From: Octopus vulgaris | Taxonomy: Eukaryota | Assembly (NCBI GenBank): GCA_951406725.2 | Contig: OX597837.1 | Coordinates: 46,190,001 to 46,254,000, forward strand | Direction of reading: 5' to 3' | Length of the DNA: 64,000 nt | In this document: one piece after another, positions 58,500 through 64,000 of the stretch | Numbering within the stretch: position 1 is the stretch's first letter | Layout: each line of letters starts with the position of its first letter | Position numbers and translations under genes: made by a program | The notes under the pieces: generated by a model | Database searches by the model: none | What the model saw: only the letters and a program-made list of their open reading frames with translations | What the model was told of the DNA's origin: nothing

Positions 58500-58870
58500 G
58501 AGGTGCAATGGCCCAATGGTTAGGGCAGTGGACTCGCAGTCAGAGGATCATGGTTTCGATTCCCAGACCGGACATTGTGTGTGTTTATTGAGCGAAAACA
58601 CCTAAAGCTCCACGAGGCTCCGGCAGGGGGTGGTGGCAATCCCTGCTGTACTCTTTCACTCCAACTTTCTCTCACTCTCTCTCCCTGTTTCTTGTCCCCG
58701 ACTTCCTACGCAACCGCTGAGCCTGGATGCGCATTCATCCATCCGTCGATGCTCTCGGTGTCGGGGGTTGACCTGCTTGCTCTTCTGCGGGTCTTATGAA
58801 TAGCAAAGGACCACGTTTCGGACTTCTCCCACTGGGATGAAGACCACTTCGCTCAACAAACAAACAAACA
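58500..58870 (+). mobile_element. SINE with family D head and a different 3' body
   Basis: Matches family D to about 58690, then diverges; (aaac)n tail. Confidence 0.75.
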
Positions 58871-59559
58871 AGCAACAACAATTTTCTTCTTCTTCTTACC
58901 GTTTGAGTTATTTATAGCAGCACTAAAATATCCCTCTTCATTACCATGACTAAGGGTCAGCAATAAGTTTGGGTAGTATTTGTATCCCTTGGTCTGTATC
59001 ATTAGCAGCATCATGGGTTCCTCCAGCACCTCGGGATGAGAAGGGATGGATATGAATTCCCAGCCTATGGTACGGGTCTTGTTTGTCATACACAGTTTAT
59101 CTTCCAGTTGGCATGGATTTCGTTTACAGACATATCCAGTCGCAGGGGCCCTGATGGGGAAAGGTCGAAAGACAATACATCAACAACACATCTACAATAA
59201 TCTTACATTTAGGGACAGGGTCACAAATCCAATGGAGAAGCGGTAAAGTATATAAACTATAGAAATAACTCTGATACGTACCAGGTATTTAGTTTCCTCA
59301 TTTAGTTTTTGTCACTGTTTCAGTCATTGGACTTTGGCCATGTTGAGGCACTGTCTCAAACAAGGGCCTGGGAACAGGAGGTGTAGGTGGTGCACATGCA
59401 CCCCTTAAAATTTTTGAGGGGTGTGAAATCAAAATTTGCACCTCCTATATACTTTGCCTGATTTAGAAGATATTTCTAAAAACTGATCTATAAAACGTCA
59501 CTTGAAGTTAGGTTTCTTCTCAAAACAAGAACAAAGGACAAAAATAAATAAATCAAACG

Positions 59560-59860
59560 TTTTTATCAAACATCTTCACCAAACACATTCATTAAACCAG
59601 TTCAACTGGTGCATCCATCAAACATTTTCATGAAACTTTTTCATTAAACATCTTCATTAAACATTTTCATCAAACAACTTTATACAATATTTTCATAAAA
59701 TATTTTCCTCAAATATCTTCAGCATTTTAATAAAACATTTTCATCAAACACGTTCATCAAACATTTTCATGAAACTGGTTCAAACTGGTGCAACCATCAA
59801 ATATTTTAATGAAACAAGCATCTTCAAACATGTTCATCAAATATTTTCATCAAACCAGTT
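59560..59860. repeat. Degenerate 13-bp tandem repeat (aaacattttcatc)
   Basis: Visible periodicity. Confidence 0.75.
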
Positions 59861-59874
59861 AAAATCAGCAAATC

Positions 59875-60540
59875 CAGCAAATATTTTCTGTTGACCAGTC
59901 TGGGATGGAGGAGTAGCAGTTTTTCATCCATTCTGGCAATTTCATGGCAATATGTTTCTGCAGTAATGGTTTTTCCAGGTTTTAAGAACTTTAGTGTCCA
60001 GCAGCACACCACCAAATAGTCACCATAACCTTCTTTTTGAAGAACTCGGGTTTAGAGAAGGTTTTTGGTGCTTCATTTTGGTGCAACCACTGTGTTGGAC
60101 CAAAATGTTTTTGTTATTGTACAGAATCCACTTTTCATCACAAGTTACAATACGGTCGAGAAATGGATCAGTCTGGGTATGGAGAAGAAGCAATGAACAA
60201 ATTTCATATTTGCGCATTTTCTGATTTTTATTCAAATCATGTGGTACCCATTTGTTGAGCTTTTTTGATTTTCTGATTGCACGCAAATGGTTGCAGACAG
60301 TTTTCTGGTCAACTTGAAGTTCTTTCGCCAGTTTTTGATTGTCTTTAATTGACCATCATCGATGACAGACAAGCATTTACTATGCTCACAATCTTCAAGG
60401 CTCAGGTCTCCACTGCAAAATCGTTTAAACCATTTTCGAGCTGACCACTCACTGGTCATTTCCTCACCAAACATTTCATTGATATCGCAAGCAGTTTCAG
60501 CTGCTTTACATCTTTTTTGAAGTTGAATAGCAAAATTTCT
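59875..60540 (-). mobile_element. Mariner (SETMAR-like) transposase remnant
   Basis: WVPHDL, FLDRIVTCDEKWILY, LKPGKTITAETYC; frameshifted. Confidence 0.9.
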
Positions 60541-60544
60541 GAGG

Positions 60545-60900
60545 ATCTGGAGAAAATGCACGTACCTGGCTGGATTTGTTACCTTGTTTGGTTTGGAAAT
60601 AGAAAATGCAGACATTGAATCTCACTTAGGAGAGGAATTCGTTGATGTGTGTGTGGATCTCAGAAGTAAAAGCCTCAGTGACTATTGGACCAGTGTAAAT
60701 ACTGCTACAAAATACCCCAAGCTTTGTGCAGTGGTTGAACTAGCCATGCAAATGCAGTTCTAACAAAGCGGAGGAACAGACAGAACCTGGAAGAGCATAA
60801 TGGCTTATGACTAATGACTTATGACTAAAACTCACCAATCTCCAACCGAATGTCAATGTTCATGCTAATGCTCACCAAACACATCTTTCCAGTTAATGAT
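60545..60900 (+). mobile_element. hAT transposase C-terminal remnant
   Basis: LSDYW...KYPKL-like dimerisation-domain segment. Confidence 0.55.
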
Positions 60901-61194
60901 GGCAACCAATTCAATAAAAGAAGTACATTAATTTATTTTTAATGTATTTAACCCTTGGTCTACCAGAGAAAATATATGACACTAATAACCAACTGGGTCC
61001 AATCGACCCAATATTTTTCTTTTAATTAAATTTTATTCAAACTATCTCTATTTCTTAGCTATATTATATATGCCGTCAGGTGAATGAAGAATTACTGCTT
61101 CTAACAAATTTTAATAAAAGAAATACAGCTTACAGAATATATTATAATTTTTAAAAATACAGAATTACAACTCTTCATATAATAATAATGATGA

Positions 61195-61700
61195 AATTAT
61201 TGTCTACAGTGCTCAGGTGCACCACAACTTGTCAGAAAGTGCGTATAAAGTATATGCAGTAATGTACAAATGCCTGGAAAGCGAACAGTGTATGAGTCAG
61301 ATCCATGCTTGCGTGTGTATGGAGGGGAGAAAATAAGGTGTAGTGTTGGTGAATCTCAGGAAGTGTGGAAGTCTTGAAGGATGCAGTGCTCTGACAACTA
61401 ACAACTGATGCCGGCAGTTTGTTCCATGCTTCAGCAACTCTCAGCGTGAAAAAATGTTTCCTGAAGTCATGGGAGCTGTGCTGTTTTCTTACTTTGTAAA
61501 TATGTCCACGGGTGTTAGACAGGTGGAGTTTGAAAAGGTGCTCAGAGTTATTGTTTGTACAATGGTTGATAATTTTATGGGTGTCTGCCAAGTCAGCTGC
61601 CAGATGTCGGAGTTTCAATGTGTCCATGCCTAGGGAAGTAAGGCGTTCAGAATATGGCAAATGCCTGATGGAGGGTATTCTTTTGGTTGCATGTCACTGA
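61195..61700 (-). mobile_element. CR1-type LINE 3' end
   Basis: PYSERL..LGM.TL..R...DL, NTRGH.YK, RKHFFTLRVAEAWNKLP. Confidence 0.9.
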
Positions 61701-61704
61701 GGCA

Positions 61705-62090
61705 GTGAACACTGACAACATTGGAATGTTCTTGGCAAACAATTCTTACATGTAGTATGAGTTTTCTTGTCTTTTTTTTTTTTTTGGTTCACACAAAGAA
61801 CATCATCCTTTTTTCTTTGGCTGAGAAATCTCGAATGAAGTTGAAGATCGCCTTCTTTTCTTGTTTGGTTGAAAAAATGTTAGCGGAACTTGTTTAGCAT
61901 TAACTCCAGCACGTTTCATTCCTAACTGAATCAGGCTCCGTCTTCTTTTATCCTTGGAACTTTGCAAGTGAAGCTGTTTAGCAACAAGGAAAGCAATCAC
62001 TGCACTTATATCACTCATGTTGTAGAATATAACCATAGACTCTCTTTGAGTCATTCTTTTGCAAGTGTGTGTCCTTACCATCTTATCTAG
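61705..62090 (-). mobile_element. piggyBac transposase C-terminal remnant
   Basis: LDKMVRTHTCKRMT...MVIFYNMSDISA..AF motif; TTAA-CCC terminus near 60950. Confidence 0.7.
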
Positions 62091-62841
62091 AGCACACACA
62101 CACACACACAGCTATGCACATATACACTCACCAAAAATATACATGTATGCACACAAATACAGTTAAATAGATATATACATATGCATAAACAGACAATAAC
62201 TAGATTTTTCAAAATTATTTTTATTTATTTGTATATTTTCTTCTTTTTTTTTTCCATTAATGAATCACCCTAATTTGTGCCCTATGGAAGATATTTCATG
62301 TAGGAGCTGTTTTTAATATCAATATATTACCAAAGTCAAAACGGAAAAGGGTTCAGTAAACTTTCAAACATAAGCAACTTAAGTATGTGTGTGTGTGTGT
62401 GTGTTTGAGTGTATGCATGTATGTATGTATGTATGTATGCATGCATGTATGTATAATATTTAATCTATTATCTTTAGTCCAATGAAGTATATTTTATTTA
62501 ATTTCTCTCTCTCACTCTCTCTCTCTCTCTCTCTCTCTCTGTCTATCTATCTATCTATCTATCTATCTATATCTATATATATATATATATATATCTGTCT
62601 ATCTATCTATCTATATATATATATTCAATGTATGCTTTGCTTATTCACCAGTAGGCTGCAGGAAGCATAATGAGGCTGACTTCTTCAAAGTCAGGAGGGT
62701 GTGTACATGTGTGCACACTAATTTGTTACTATCTATATCCTCTCTGATGTAAGCAGGTTTATTGAGTAGGGCATGCTACTAGCATTGCCTTTTGCTGTTA
62801 AATTTAAAGTATTGCATTCAAATGGAAGCATTTTATAACAG

Positions 62842-62882
<41 letters not shown>

Positions 62883-63404
62883 CATACAGGGGGAAGTGAA
62901 TTCAATTTGATATATATATACAAGTATGTATATATGCATGCATGTATGTATAGTGTATAGAGAGAGACAGAGAGGGAGAGAGAGAGAGAGAGAGAGAGTT
63001 GTAAAATACCAAGTTGCTTACTATTATTTACTTCCCTTCTAAATTACGAACAAAAATTTATTTTATAAAATATGTAATAATCATATAATGACATAAGTGT
63101 ATGATATCTGGAGGAAAAAAATACAAAGTATAAAAAATAAAACAAACAAAAAACAACATGCCACAACAGAAACAACACAAGGAATAAAATAAGTAAAAAA
63201 AAGTAGAAAAGTATAGATTCATCAAGTGGCCTGCACTATTTTGCCAATTAGCATTAATGAACTTCAACTAATTTAGAATGGACAAAACTTTCAAATTCTT
63301 TCCTTTTGTTTTTGGAGTCCTTTTACCTGTCTGTCTGTCTATAACTATGTACCTATGTCAGTATTTATCTATAGCTGTAAAGCACCGACCTGGCAGAATT
63401 ATTA

Positions 63405-63770
63405 GGTACCGGAGTGGCTGTGTGGTAAGTAGCTTGCTTATTAGCCACATGGTTCTGGGTTCATTCCCACTGCGTGACACCTTGGGCAAGTGCCTTCTAC
63501 TATAGCCTCAGGTCTTGTGAGTGGATTTGGTAGATGGAAACTGAAGGAAGCCCATCGTATATATGTATATATATGTTTATGTGTGTGTGTGTATATGCTT
63601 TTGTGTCTGTGTTTGTCCCCCCACCATCATCTGTCAACCGGTTCAGCAAAATGACACCAATAGAATTAGTACTAGGCTTACAAAGAATAAGTCCTGGGGT
63701 CGATTTGCTCCATTAAAGGAGGTGCTCCAGCATGGCCGCAGTCAAATGACTGAAACAAGTAAAAGAGTAT
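63405..63770 (+). mobile_element. SINE family A
   Basis: Head to gtaaaagag tail. Confidence 0.85.
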
Positions 63771-64000
63771 GTTGGGAAAAATACCTAGTGGCATTTCATC
63801 TGTCTTTACATTCTGCTCCAAGGGTTTTACGTGCCACTGGCATAAGTGCCGGTTGCAGGACATCAGTATTTGCCACCAATCTTTTCAGGGTTTATAAAAT
63901 AAATATCAGCTGAACACTGGGGTCGATTTTATCAACTTACCCCCTCCCCTGTAATTGCTGGCCTTCTGCCAAAATTTGAAACTAATATTTACCTATAACC

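Overview
AT-rich, microsatellite- and SINE-dense eukaryotic DNA whose repeat families look like those of a coleoid cephalopod, most likely Octopus (inference). Almost all ORF-track entries are microsatellite or transposon artefacts. Three spliced genes can be assembled by hand with consistent exon phases. (1) A 5'-truncated, + strand coiled-coil gene (1144-17434, about 500 codons in window), tentatively an IHO1/CCDC36/Mer2-like meiotic factor. (2) A - strand GTSE1 homolog (37729-20941) with a GTSE1_N motif, SxIP motifs, a CCAAT-CDE-CHR cell-cycle promoter, and a 24-copy 13-aa tandem array ([13 protein letters not shown]) that carries two compensating indels. (3) A two-exon MANBAL/UPF0239 gene (+, 43509-52254) whose intron holds an intron-containing tRNA-Lys(UUU). 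The rest is tRNA-derived SINEs, RTE/CR1/L1 remnants, mariner, hAT, piggyBac and Merlin-like elements, and several fold-back inverted repeats. All gene models come from sequence inspection only and lack transcript evidence. Repeat boundaries are approximate unless a TSD is given.
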